This document shows positions 46,238 to 56,162 of a stretch of 64,000 bases of DNA, piece after piece. Source of the DNA: Spirochaetia bacterium (GTDB lineage Bacteria; Spirochaetota; Spirochaetia; CAKZLE01); NCBI GenBank assembly GCA_963677595.1, contig OY782041.1:3488001-3552000 (forward strand), given 5' to 3'. A model generated the notes under the pieces. That model saw nothing but the letters and a program-made list of their open reading frames with translations. It did not search any database and was not told the DNA's origin. Each line of letters starts with the position of its first letter. The first letter of the stretch is position 1. The translations under genes and the position numbers were made by a program.

Positions 46238-47362
46238 ATGAATGTGAATAGTAACGATACGATTGACCAGCTGAGGGATGTGAGCCGTGAACTGATCATG
46301 GGAAACCAGGATGAGTCGGGAGCCTATGTGGCCAGTCCGTCATTCTCACAGTACGGGTACTCCTGGATGCGGGATGGGGCCTATATAGCCTACAGCATGC
46401 TGGTATCGGGAAATCGGCAATCGACACAACGATACATCAGCTGGGTGGCTGAGGTCATCCAGCGGTACCGAGAAAAAGTTGATCGGCTGCCGGACCTGCT
46501 CGCATCAGGCAAGCCGATTGAGAACAACTGGTTCTACAGTGCCCGGTATACCATTGCCGGGGAGGAGGACACCAGTGACTGGCCGAATTTCCAGATTGAC
46601 GGCTACGGCTCCTGGCTGTGGCTGGTCGCTGAGTACCTGGGGCAATGCAGGGAAACGCTCCCGGCATCATGGGCTTCCAGCGCCGCGGTGGTGATCCGGT
46701 ATCTGGGGATCGTCTGGAAACTCCCGAACAGCGACTGCTGGGAGGAGTTCCCCGAGCACATCCACCCCGCAACCCTTGCCTGCCTGGCAGGAGGGCTGAA
46801 AGCGATCTCGAAGTATGTCGAACGTGAAGAGGCATCCAGCTGTATGGAACTCTCGGGAGAGATTACCGGCTACCTGCGGGCCCATGTCCATCCTGACGGG
46901 TTCTTCCCGAAGTATATCGGGTCAGGAACCATTGATGCGAGCCTGCTCTGGCTGAGCGTCCCCTATAATGTGATCCCGGCGGACGACCCGGCTATGAGAC
47001 GGACAATTGAGAGAATAGAGAATGAGATAACGATAGAAGGAGGTGTGAAGCGGTATCCTCAGGACACCTACTATGGGGGCGGGCGATGGATCATCCTGTC
47101 AGCCTTCCTCGGTATGTACTACCTGAGGATTGGAGAAGGGGACCGGGCTGCAGAACAGATGGCCTGGATCCTTGAGCAGGCTGAAGCTGACGGGCATCTG
47201 CCGGAACAGGTGCTGGACCACGTGAATGACCCGTCCATGATCGAACCTTGGGAGTCCAGATGGGGGCGTGTCGCCACCCCGCTCATCTGGTCGCATGCAA
47301 TGTTTCTGATACTCGATGCGGAGTTATCAGTATATAATCAAAAAGGAGACAAGAATGAGTAG
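46238..47362 (+). CDS. GH15-like glucoamylase/glucodextranase-type hydrolase (cytoplasmic)
   Basis: YSWMRDG, QIDGYG, DCWEE, LPEQV and PLIWSHA. Confidence 0.85.
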   Translation: MNVNSNDTIDQLRDVSRELIMGNQDESGAYVASPSFSQYGYSWMRDGAYIAYSMLVSGNRQSTQRYISWVAEVIQRYREKVDRLPDLLASGKPIENNWFYSARYTIAGEEDTSDWPNFQIDGYGSWLWLVAEYLGQCRETLPASWASSAAVVIRYLGIVWKLPNSDCWEEFPEHIHPATLACLAGGLKAISKYVEREEASSCMELSGEITGYLRAHVHPDGFFPKYIGSGTIDASLLWLSVPYNVIPADDPAMRRTIERIENEITIEGGVKRYPQDTYYGGGRWIILSAFLGMYYLRIGEGDRAAEQMAWILEQAEADGHLPEQVLDHVNDPSMIEPWESRWGRVATPLIWSHAMFLILDAELSVYNQKGDKNE

Positions 47363-48623
47363 GAAAAGCAGAATGAGTATGATGACGGCAGCAGTAATGC
47401 TGCTGCTGGCTGTCAGCTTGCCGCTGACGGCACAGGGAGCCGTGGAGAGGAAGACGACTATCGATTACTTCTCAGGCAGGGTCGAGACCGTCGACTGGAC
47501 CGATGAGAAGATTGCGGATTTCGAGGCCCTGTATCCCGACATCGTCGTGGAGCACGAGTTTCAGAAGGACGCTTCCAATGTAATCAAAGTGAAGCTGGCC
47601 TCGAATGAGATTCCCGATCTCACCACCGTCGTGACCCAGGATTTCATCGACCAGGGAATCTTTGCTGACATCTCAGACGCACCGTTCTGGGACAGGATCC
47701 TCCCGTCGGTGAAGGACCTCTGTACTGACCTGAAGACCGGGAAGCAGTATAAGGTAGCTACTAACGTGACCATGGGCGGGTTGTTCTACAACAAGGATGT
47801 GTTCGCCGAACTCGGGCTCTCTGATGCACAGACCTGGGATGGATTTGTCGCCAACCTGGAGACGATAAAGAAAGCCTATCCCGACAAGACCCCGCTGTTC
47901 TTCGGCGGGAAGGATTCATGGACCCTCGGCCATCTCATCGAGTTCTGGGCCCACGGGATCATGAAGCAGGAACTCGGCATTCCCGGCTCCCGTCAGGCAT
48001 TCCTTGACAATACGGTGGACTGGGATGCTCCCGGGGGGATCATGGAGAGTTTTGCCTCGGCACTGATGGAACTGGAAGAGAAAGGCCTGATTAACGATGA
48101 TGCCGTCACTGCCAGTTATGACAACCAGAAGGAGGCCTTTGCAAGCGGCGAGGCAGTCATGATCAACCAGGGCATGTGGGTTGTCGGCGATATCATCAAG
48201 CTGAATCCGGACATGGCCGACAACATCGGGTTCGGTCCTTTCCCCGCAGTGGTGGACGGATACAAACCGATGGTCCTCTGTGCAGAAGACTCGGTCTATG
48301 CTGTCTCGGCAACTACCGAGGATATGGACGCAGTCATGACCTTCCTTGACTACATGTTCAGCCCAGAGGTCCAGCAGGAGTACTGCGAAGTCCGGTCAAT
48401 GCCTTCAGCATTTACCGATGTCACCGCGGACTGGTCTCCCATCAAGGATGACGCGAAACGGCTGGTGGAGCGGTATGTGAACATCAACTTCTCTACTGAG
48501 GCGCCTTCGGGACTGTCTGTCGATGATACCGGCCGCCTGATCCAGAAACTGCTTAACGGCGACTATGATTCTGCAAGGGAATTCGCTGCTAACTACCAAG
48601 AACTCTGGAACGAGGCTTATTAA
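47355..48623 (+). CDS. Oligosaccharide ABC binding protein (MsmE-like)
   Basis: Signal peptide, GLFYNKDVF and AFASGEAVMINQGMW. Confidence 0.88.
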   Translation: MSRKSRMSMMTAAVMLLLAVSLPLTAQGAVERKTTIDYFSGRVETVDWTDEKIADFEALYPDIVVEHEFQKDASNVIKVKLASNEIPDLTTVVTQDFIDQGIFADISDAPFWDRILPSVKDLCTDLKTGKQYKVATNVTMGGLFYNKDVFAELGLSDAQTWDGFVANLETIKKAYPDKTPLFFGGKDSWTLGHLIEFWAHGIMKQELGIPGSRQAFLDNTVDWDAPGGIMESFASALMELEEKGLINDDAVTASYDNQKEAFASGEAVMINQGMWVVGDIIKLNPDMADNIGFGPFPAVVDGYKPMVLCAEDSVYAVSATTEDMDAVMTFLDYMFSPEVQQEYCEVRSMPSAFTDVTADWSPIKDDAKRLVERYVNINFSTEAPSGLSVDDTGRLIQKLLNGDYDSAREFAANYQELWNEAY

Positions 48624-48625
48624 TG

Positions 48626-48666
48626 CAGTGCTGCCATACCGGCCCACAAACCGGTATGGTACACTG
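48626..48666 (+). other. Intercistronic hairpin after the binding-protein gene
   Basis: CCATACCGG-cccacaaa-CCGGTATGG with outer CAGTG/CACTG arms and no U tract. Confidence 0.5.
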
Positions 48667-48700
48667 AAGTCAACAGAATATGAGATCGAATGGAGTGTGT

Positions 48701-49567
48701 ATGAAGATCAACAGCACAGCATGGCATAACTATATGGCACTACCTGCCTTTACCCTCTTCGGGCTGTTCTTCCTGTTCCCGCTTGTGCAGGGTCTGGGAT
48801 TGAGCTTCACGGAATGGGACGGGTTCTCCGCCCCTGAATTTATCGGATTGCGGAATTTCATCTCGTTCTTCACTGATGAACGGGCCCTGCGTGATGTCTG
48901 GAATACCATATTGTTCGCCCTCGGGAGCGCCCCGCTGCTGAACATCACCGGGTTGTCCCTTGCCCTCTTGCTCAACAGAAGATTCACCGGCAGGAACACG
49001 ACACGGGCGCTGCTCTACCTCCCGGCAGTGATCAGCCCCATGATCATGGGCTCGATCTGGTACCTGCTCCTGCAGCCCAAGCGGGGATTGGTCGCAGTGC
49101 TGGCTGGGCGGGTCGGGTTCGAGCTGTCCGGGAACTGGATGACCGGAGGGAACACTGCATTGCTGGTCATCGTCCTGGTAAACGTCTGGCAGTACGCGGG
49201 GATGACCATGATCATCTACTTAGCCGGCCTGCAGTCCATACCGGTTGAGCACTATGAGGCCAGCAGCGTGGAAGGTGCCACGGCTGGGCAGACCTTCCGG
49301 TACATTGTGTTCCCGCAGCTGCTGCCCTCCCTGAAGATCAATGTGATCACGAACATCATCGGGAGCCTCTCGGTATTCGATGTCATCCTGGCCCTCACCG
49401 ACGGGGGGCCCGGCTACGATACGGAATCTCTGAGTATCTATATCATGAGGATGTGCTACGGGAACAAGACTGGATACTCCACTGCTGTGGCCATCATCCT
49501 GTTCGCCATCATCCTGGTTCCCGTACTGGGATCCCTCCGGTTCTTCAACCGACTGGAGAACGCATGA
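48701..49567 (+). CDS. Carbohydrate ABC permease (MalF/MsmF-like)
   Basis: YLAGLQSIP..YEAS..EGA EAA loop and TDGGPG. Alternative start at 48680. Confidence 0.9.
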   Translation: MKINSTAWHNYMALPAFTLFGLFFLFPLVQGLGLSFTEWDGFSAPEFIGLRNFISFFTDERALRDVWNTILFALGSAPLLNITGLSLALLLNRRFTGRNTTRALLYLPAVISPMIMGSIWYLLLQPKRGLVAVLAGRVGFELSGNWMTGGNTALLVIVLVNVWQYAGMTMIIYLAGLQSIPVEHYEASSVEGATAGQTFRYIVFPQLLPSLKINVITNIIGSLSVFDVILALTDGGPGYDTESLSIYIMRMCYGNKTGYSTAVAIILFAIILVPVLGSLRFFNRLENA

Positions 49568-50418
49568 GTACGGCAGCATTACACACCAGGCCGCAGGGAA
49601 CTGGGGTGCACCTTCCCTGGTACCTGCGTGCAGCAGTCATCATCACTGCGCTCCTCGCCGCGGTCCCGTTCTACCTCCTGATCCTTCTGGCCCTCAAGCA
49701 GCCGGAAGGGGGGCTTGCCAGCATAACGCTCATTCCCGACATGCAGCTGAGCAACCTGGCTGAGGCATGGCGGAAGTCGGATCTCGGCCGGGCTATGGTC
49801 AACACGATCATCATGACCGTTGGCGGGGTGGGGCTGCTGATTGTCCTTGCCTCGATGGCCGGCTATGCGATAGCCCGGGTCAGGAGCAGGCTGAACAGGC
49901 TGATCTTCGGGATCCTGCTCCTGTGCATGATGATCCCCGGGATCATCAACACCGTCCCCCTCTACATGCTGCTGATCAGGCTGCACGGGGTAAATACCTA
50001 CTGGTCCATGATCTGTGTCATGGCAACGAATTCTATGCCCTTCTCGGTATTCCTCTACAGCTCCTTCATCCGGGCAATCCCGACTTCCTTGGAGGAATCG
50101 GCGGTCATGGACGGCTGCTCATACTTCGAGGCTTTCTGGAAGATCACCTTCCCGCTCATGGGGCCGGTCACCGCTTCAGTTGTCATCCTCCAGGGGCTCG
50201 GGATGTGGAACAACTATGCCCAGGCGGTCTTTTTCCTCCAGGATAAAGCCCACCGGAACATACCGCTGGCAGTCTCCCTCTTCTTCCAGCAGTATGGGGC
50301 GGACTGGCCGCTCATGGCAGCAGCCGCCCTGATCGGGCTGGTCCCTGCCGTGGCCATGTTCCTGCTCTTCCAGCGCTATTTCGTTGAGGGGATCACGACC
50401 GGGGCCATAAAGGGGTAA
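49564..50418 (+). CDS. Carbohydrate ABC permease (MalG/MsmG-like)
   Basis: IPTSLEESAVMDGC and FQRYFVEGITTGAIKG. ATGA overlap. Confidence 0.9.
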   Translation: MSTAALHTRPQGTGVHLPWYLRAAVIITALLAAVPFYLLILLALKQPEGGLASITLIPDMQLSNLAEAWRKSDLGRAMVNTIIMTVGGVGLLIVLASMAGYAIARVRSRLNRLIFGILLLCMMIPGIINTVPLYMLLIRLHGVNTYWSMICVMATNSMPFSVFLYSSFIRAIPTSLEESAVMDGCSYFEAFWKITFPLMGPVTASVVILQGLGMWNNYAQAVFFLQDKAHRNIPLAVSLFFQQYGADWPLMAAAALIGLVPAVAMFLLFQRYFVEGITTGAIKG

Positions 50419-50421
50419 GCC

Positions 50422-52098
50422 ATGCACAACACTGAAGGACAATTCATCATCTATCCTGAGTATTCCCGGATTCCACCTGCTGTCGATACCTTTGGGCTGA
50501 CCATTGCGGCTGCCGCTGACGGGTACCTGCCGGCGGAGATCAGGCTCTCCGTGCTGCATCTCACGGACTGCATCCTTGAGGAGCTGATCCACATAGGGGA
50601 GGGCTGCAGGACCGTATCACATACCGTCTCACTCGCGGGGCTGCCGCTCCCGCTGGACGGTCTAGGCCTGGGTATCGAGGCAACCTCGGATACCTGGACA
50701 GCCTCGACTGCCGTGGACCGCGGGAGCGGCCCCGTGCGGTACGGGTTCGTGAGTGACTTCACCCCTGAGGACCGCCGAAGGACCGGGGAAGCCGCGAAGT
50801 TCCTGCTGAGAAACCATATCACGCATGTGCAGTTCTATGACTGGGCATGCCGCCCCCACCAGTTTGGTCCTGAAGACGGCTGCAGCTGGTATGAGGACAC
50901 GATGGGGAAGCCGATCGATCTTACTGTGGTGAAGGAACTGATCGACAGTTTCCGCAGGAGGGGGATGCAAAGCCTGGCCTACGGTGCCGTGTATGCCGCG
51001 ACAGCGGATTATGCCAGGGAACATCCCGAACAGGCCCTTTACGATATCATGGGACAGAGGTTTGACCTCATCGGCAAGTTCTTCATCATGAACCTCAACA
51101 GCAGGGCATGGAGGGATCAGATCCTTGAGCAGTACCGGTATGCCGTGGAAACGGTCGGGTTTGACGGGATCCACATGGATACCTACGGCTACCCGAAATC
51201 TGGCTGGGGCTTCGGTGAGCAGGCGGCACGGTCGCTTGAACCTGACTTCATCTCCTTCATTGATGAATGGGCCCGTCACGGCGATGTGAATATCTTCAAC
51301 AATGTGGGAGGGTGGCCGGCTGCCTCTACTGCCGAGGCTGACCAGGCTGCCTGTTATATCGAGCTGTGGGACCCCTATACCCGCTACCGTCATATACGGG
51401 AACTCATCTGCAGGGTTGGGAATTCAGGGAAACCGGTGGTCCTCGCAGCCTACCTCCTGCCGTTCAAGCCCCGGGATGAGCAGAAACTGGCTGAAGGGCA
51501 CAGCCCGCTTCAGTCAGCCCTGCTGCTGACCGCGGCAGTCTCTTCCCTGGGGGCAACCTCGCTCCTGCTGGGGGAGGACGGTGTCATCCTGACCCAGCCC
51601 TATTATTCAGACTATTCACAGTTGTCTGGGGAGGAGCAGGAGCAGATCCGCCTGTATTATGATCACCAGGTACGGTACCGGGAACTCTTCTATGATCCTG
51701 ATGCGATAGATATCACGGGGAGCCATGTGGTTGGGGCTGACCGTGAATTCTCCATAGCCGCAGGAGACTGCCGGATCACGATTGATGGGGAACCGGGAAG
51801 CCTGTGGGTCATGGCGAAACGGACGGACACGAGAATCGTCCTGAACCTGGTCAACCTTCTAGACCAGGAGGATGACCTCTGGAACCAGGGGAAACGTCCG
51901 TGCGTGAGCAGGCCCGAGGTGACAATCGGGATCCCGAGATACAGTGACCGGATGAGCGTATGGTATACAGAAGCCGGTCATACCAACAGCAGGATGATCC
52001 CCCTTGAGACTTCAGCCTGCCAAGGGGTTCGAGGACCCTCTATCTCATGTACGTTACCTTCCGTAGGTCTATGGACCACCATCGTTTGCGAGCTGTGA
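50422..52098 (+). CDS. GH66-family dextranase / cycloisomaltooligosaccharide-active enzyme
   Basis: RYGFVSDF, QFYDW..H, AYGAVYA, FDGIHMDTYG (nucleophile region) and YIELW. No signal peptide. Confidence 0.8.
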   Translation: MHNTEGQFIIYPEYSRIPPAVDTFGLTIAAAADGYLPAEIRLSVLHLTDCILEELIHIGEGCRTVSHTVSLAGLPLPLDGLGLGIEATSDTWTASTAVDRGSGPVRYGFVSDFTPEDRRRTGEAAKFLLRNHITHVQFYDWACRPHQFGPEDGCSWYEDTMGKPIDLTVVKELIDSFRRRGMQSLAYGAVYAATADYAREHPEQALYDIMGQRFDLIGKFFIMNLNSRAWRDQILEQYRYAVETVGFDGIHMDTYGYPKSGWGFGEQAARSLEPDFISFIDEWARHGDVNIFNNVGGWPAASTAEADQAACYIELWDPYTRYRHIRELICRVGNSGKPVVLAAYLLPFKPRDEQKLAEGHSPLQSALLLTAAVSSLGATSLLLGEDGVILTQPYYSDYSQLSGEEQEQIRLYYDHQVRYRELFYDPDAIDITGSHVVGADREFSIAAGDCRITIDGEPGSLWVMAKRTDTRIVLNLVNLLDQEDDLWNQGKRPCVSRPEVTIGIPRYSDRMSVWYTEAGHTNSRMIPLETSACQGVRGPSISCTLPSVGLWTTIVCEL

Positions 52099-52219
52099 GG
52101 TGCTCTGCAACAGGTAGTTATTGAATCTGGAACCTGATTGTTCAGTTCAGGGTTCCATGCTACAATGGAGACAGGAATCCTACCTGCAGGAGTGGCACTG
52201 CTGAGAACCGAAGGGGGGA

Positions 52220-53314
52220 GTGATGGAGTCTCCAGGGGAAGAGAGAACCAGGTTTCGGGAACGCTGTGAGGAGGCAGTCGAAGACTACCTCAGCCACTAC
52301 TTCTCTTCCCGGGACATCGGGGAGTGCCTGAAACGATCGAGTGGCCGCCTTACAGGCTTCGGTCCGGGGCTTGATGATGGCTGCTTCTCCTTCGACCAGA
52401 GCCTCGAGCTCCTCCAGCGCGATTTCAGCCGGGTCCCCTCAGGCATCACCTGTATCGTCAGGCAGCAGAGGATCTCTCCCCTGTCTGAAGACCTGTTCAT
52501 CTGCATGGCCATGCTCGATCTCACCTATCCCACGGCAGACCAGGTAGGGAAGCGGCAGGACGGCCTCAGGATGACGCTCATCGTAAGGCTGATCGATGAC
52601 GGCTATCTCATAGAACATATGCATACCTCAGTACCTACCGATGGGGAGACCGTGACGGTGCGGAAAGCCCAATCCGGGGAGCTGCTCTCCGGGCTTGAGG
52701 GGGTGCTCGAGGAGTATCATGTACAAGATATACAGTCAGCCTACCATGAACTCGAGGTGATGCTCAGCATCGATGTACTGACCGGCTTGAGATCAAGGCT
52801 CAGGATGGACGAACTCCTCGTCGATGAACTCAAGCGAGCTTCGAGGTATGACACCACCTTCTCCCTGATCATGGTGGACCTCGACGACTTCAAGCTGGTC
52901 AATGACAGTTTCGGCCACCTGTTCGGCGACTATATCCTCAAGCGGTTCGGCAAGCTTCTGCAAACCTCACTCCGTGAGACCGATGCCGCAGGACGCTGGG
53001 GCGGGGATGAGTTCATCCTCATGCTTCCCCAGACGGATGAGGAGCATGCCCTCATCGTCATGAGGAAGCTGCTCGACCGGTATGGTCACGACACGCTGGA
53101 AGCCTGCATGGAGCAGTACCGGCTCGACCACCCTGAACTCGAGCTCGGGTGCGGCTGTGAGCGCCTCAGGCGTGAGCTTGCCCAATTCCCCTTCAGTCGC
53201 CTCTCCTTCTCCTACGGGATCACGGAATACCAGGTCTCAGATACCATCCCGAGGATGGTCAACCGTGCAGACCTCAGGCTGTTTCGGATGAAGTGTGACA
53301 AGAAGTCGGACTGA
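52220..53314 (+). CDS. Diguanylate cyclase with an N-terminal SnoaL/NTF2-like domain
   Basis: DVLTGL, DLDDFKLVNDSFGH, RETD I-site and RWGGDEF. N-terminal RMTLIVR..IEHMHTSVP. Confidence 0.85.
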   Translation: MMESPGEERTRFRERCEEAVEDYLSHYFSSRDIGECLKRSSGRLTGFGPGLDDGCFSFDQSLELLQRDFSRVPSGITCIVRQQRISPLSEDLFICMAMLDLTYPTADQVGKRQDGLRMTLIVRLIDDGYLIEHMHTSVPTDGETVTVRKAQSGELLSGLEGVLEEYHVQDIQSAYHELEVMLSIDVLTGLRSRLRMDELLVDELKRASRYDTTFSLIMVDLDDFKLVNDSFGHLFGDYILKRFGKLLQTSLRETDAAGRWGGDEFILMLPQTDEEHALIVMRKLLDRYGHDTLEACMEQYRLDHPELELGCGCERLRRELAQFPFSRLSFSYGITEYQVSDTIPRMVNRADLRLFRMKCDKKSD

Positions 53315-54164
53315 TCTTCCATACCAGCCTGAACAGGCTGAACCCCGTCATGACCCAGATCACCGGGATGATGCAAATCGCGGGAAAGATCTCTGCCCCG
53401 TACAGGCCCATCGCGACCAGTTTCGCGATCAGGGCCGCCATGAGGAAGAGGAGAAACACCAAATAGACCGGGCCGAGCAGGAACCCGAGGGGCTTCCTCC
53501 GGTAGAGGAGGATGCCGCTCACTGCCGAGAGCGGGAGCAGCAGCCCCAGGTCGAACCCCTGTACGATCAGGGTGGTGTAGTGGTCAACCTCGTCCGGGTA
53601 GAGGGATCCGTCCAGCAGGGGCGGGAGGATGGCGCTGAGCCAGAGTAAGAAGATGAGGGATGCGTTGATGACCAGGAACACCCCGCCAAGCCGTACGGGC
53701 GGGTTGCCGGCGAAGTGACTCATCGGCTTCCGGGCATGCAATGAGAAGAGCTGCAGGGCAAGCGAGAAGAAGCTCAAGCCCATCAGTGCGACATAGATGA
53801 GGAAGAGCTCATGGTACATGGCCATCGCTGTATAGAAGAGATAGGTCACGAAGAGGTAGAAGGTGATCCCTGCACTGAAGAGTTGGGCACGGATCGAACC
53901 TCGGAGTGAAAGGACCAGGGACAACACCAAGGCCGGGAGGGCAGCGAAGAGGGTGATGTAGTCCTGTGCGATCCCCTGGATCGCGACGTCGGCCGACATG
54001 TGTCGGTAGATCCCTGTTCCATGGAGGGTGACCTCCTCCCCGCGTACGCTCGTGTACGCATAGTGTCCGTCACTGCCTGCGGCGCGTATGCCCGTGACGG
54101 CGGCTGCTGCCGCCAGGATGACGATCAGGATCGTCAGTACTACTATGGTCTTTCGGTTAGTCAT
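53274..54164 (-). CDS. Hypothetical multi-pass membrane protein
   Basis: About 8 TM segments. Coupled to the TetR gene by a 4-nt overlap. Confidence 0.75.
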   Translation of the reverse strand: MTNRKTIVVLTILIVILAAAAAVTGIRAAGSDGHYAYTSVRGEEVTLHGTGIYRHMSADVAIQGIAQDYITLFAALPALVLSLVLSLRGSIRAQLFSAGITFYLFVTYLFYTAMAMYHELFLIYVALMGLSFFSLALQLFSLHARKPMSHFAGNPPVRLGGVFLVINASLIFLLWLSAILPPLLDGSLYPDEVDHYTTLIVQGFDLGLLLPLSAVSGILLYRRKPLGFLLGPVYLVFLLFLMAALIAKLVAMGLYGAEIFPAICIIPVIWVMTGFSLFRLVWKISPTSCHTSSETA

Positions 54165-54745
54165 GCTTCTTCCTCCTGTTGGGTAAAGATCAGCTTCCTG
54201 ATCAGTGCGGCTTCCTGGAGTATCTCCTCCCGGAGGCCGGGATCAGCTCCTGCGGTCCTGCCCATGACGACTTTCGAGAGTACGCCATGCAGGTAGCTGT
54301 GGAACATGCGGGTCTTCCTCCTCACCTCCGGTGTATGGGGGTACTGCATGCTGAACCACTGCTCCATGACCGCCCCGGGCCTGCCGAGAACGGCGATGAT
54401 CTCGGCAGGCGGAGCCCCGGGCATCTGCTCCATCCAGATCAGGCGATACCATGATGGATGGTTGAGGGCGAAATCGACATAGAGTTCCGGTATATCACAG
54501 GAGAGGAGGGAGTCAGGATCCAGGGGGCCGGCAGTAGCCAGCATGCGCCTGAGGGCCTCTGCAAGGGTGAACCAGGTCAGCTCCCCATAATTGCTGACAT
54601 AGTTGTAGACATTGGTATGGGCACAGCCGACCCGTTTGGCAACCTGCCTGAGATTAATGTCCCGGAAGGGAATCCCCTCGGTGAGCATCTCCAGCACCAT
54701 GCCGGTGAATACGTCCCTGTCCAGGTTCTTTCGTCGTTCTGCCAT
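54161..54745 (-). CDS. TetR-family regulator (WHG-type C-terminus)
   Basis: INLRQVAKRVGCAHTNVYNY and HSYLHG. GAGGAG SD before ATG 54745. Confidence 0.85.
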   Translation of the reverse strand: MAERRKNLDRDVFTGMVLEMLTEGIPFRDINLRQVAKRVGCAHTNVYNYVSNYGELTWFTLAEALRRMLATAGPLDPDSLLSCDIPELYVDFALNHPSWYRLIWMEQMPGAPPAEIIAVLGRPGAVMEQWFSMQYPHTPEVRRKTRMFHSYLHGVLSKVVMGRTAGADPGLREEILQEAALIRKLIFTQQEEEA

Positions 54746-54774
54746 AGGATGAACTCCTCGTATACGAATGAATG

Positions 54775-54829
54775 TATTACCATTGGTAATTACCAGTGGT
54801 AATATAACACTGGAACGGTACCCTGTCAA
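54775..54829 (-). promoter_or_regulatory. tetR promoter with tandem 7-1-7 operators
   Basis: TTGACA (54829-24)-17 nt-TATATT (54806-01). ATTACCA-T-TGGTAAT (54776-90) and ATTACCA-G-TGGTAAT (54789-803). Confidence 0.8.
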
Positions 54830-54851
54830 GGAGAAATATACCAGATAGATG

Positions 54852-56162
54852 TTAGCCCCTGCGGATGGATCGGGTCTTCAGGAAGAGGAAGAGCGTTTCG
54901 ATGATATAGGAGATGGAGAAGGAGACGGCTGCCGCATAGATGCCAGTGAAGTGAAGGCCGCTGGTGAGGGTGACGAGCAGCGACATCATCGTCACGACGT
55001 TAAGCACCACACCGGTCGTGATGACTGAGGTCCGGTGATGGATGACCAGCAGACCGCGGCTGAAGGAGACGATCGCGTAGCAGAAGGGTGTGACAGACAG
55101 GAATGCGAGGGTGAGCGGTATGAAGCGCATCAACTCCTGCGGTATCCCTGAGATCAGGACGAACCAGAACTCCTTGGCAGGAGTCAGGCCGATGACCATG
55201 CAGGCTGCCGTCAGGACCAGTGCTACCCGCATGACGAAGGAGGAGATCACCTTCAGGGTATCGTGGTCCTTCTGCTGTGCGATGACGATCTCCTGCAGCG
55301 AGAGCGATATAGACGTGAATATGAACATGAAGCCGAGGGTCACTGGCCAGAGGGCGAGGGACTCCAGCGGGAAGAGGCCCCTGGCTATCCCGAAACTGTG
55401 GAGTGGACGTGCGCCGAGCGTGATCAGGGAGGTGAGGGCGAGCGGGAAGTAGAACCGCATGATCTCCCCGGACGGCATGGGAGGGAACTCCCCGTCAGGA
55501 TCCCCTTCCGGCATGAGGTCTCGGATGACAGGCTGTGCGAAGTACCAGGCGGCGATCATCCCGGCAGTGACCCCTACCGTGAGTGAGAGTCCCCCGATCA
55601 CACCCCCGGGAAGTGTCTTGATGACCAGCCCAGTGAGGAGGACCACTGCCGCGACACCGAGCCTGATGTACATGATGATGGGGACGCCCCTGGTACGGTT
55701 GTACCGGATCAGCACACCCTGCCAGAGCCTCCGGTAGCCGACAGCGGCAGACCAGGGGATCATCATGGCAAAACTCCGGTAGGAGGGACCGATGATCTCT
55801 TCGGGTAAGCCCATGAGCGTGCCGGAGAACCAGTTAAACACTGAAGGGATGCAGAGGATGATGTGGACGACCGTGATCATGGCCCCAAGCGCGTGCATGA
55901 TGGACAGCAGCCTCCGGTAGGAGTGCCGGTCCCTGGCAAGCGCGGTAGCTGCAGAGAGCATCTGGACGATCGGCCCCTCGATGAAGAGCGCCAGGGAATA
56001 GGCATAGCCGAAGGCAGCCAGCTCGATCGTGGGGTTCGATAACCGAGAGATCACTGCCGTCACGGCAGGCTGTTCCACGGCCATGACGATCCACATGATA
56101 GCGAGCGGGATCCAGAGGGAGAAGAGGCGCTTCTGTGTAAGAGGTACTGATACAGTTTCCAT
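54852..56162 (-). CDS. MATE/MOP-superfamily transporter, ANKH-like
   Basis: 12 TM in two repeats (WIPLA / YFPLA), with ELAAFGYAYSLALFIEGP. Confidence 0.7.
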   Translation of the reverse strand: METVSVPLTQKRLFSLWIPLAIMWIVMAVEQPAVTAVISRLSNPTIELAAFGYAYSLALFIEGPIVQMLSAATALARDRHSYRRLLSIMHALGAMITVVHIILCIPSVFNWFSGTLMGLPEEIIGPSYRSFAMMIPWSAAVGYRRLWQGVLIRYNRTRGVPIIMYIRLGVAAVVLLTGLVIKTLPGGVIGGLSLTVGVTAGMIAAWYFAQPVIRDLMPEGDPDGEFPPMPSGEIMRFYFPLALTSLITLGARPLHSFGIARGLFPLESLALWPVTLGFMFIFTSISLSLQEIVIAQQKDHDTLKVISSFVMRVALVLTAACMVIGLTPAKEFWFVLISGIPQELMRFIPLTLAFLSVTPFCYAIVSFSRGLLVIHHRTSVITTGVVLNVVTMMSLLVTLTSGLHFTGIYAAAVSFSISYIIETLFLFLKTRSIRRG

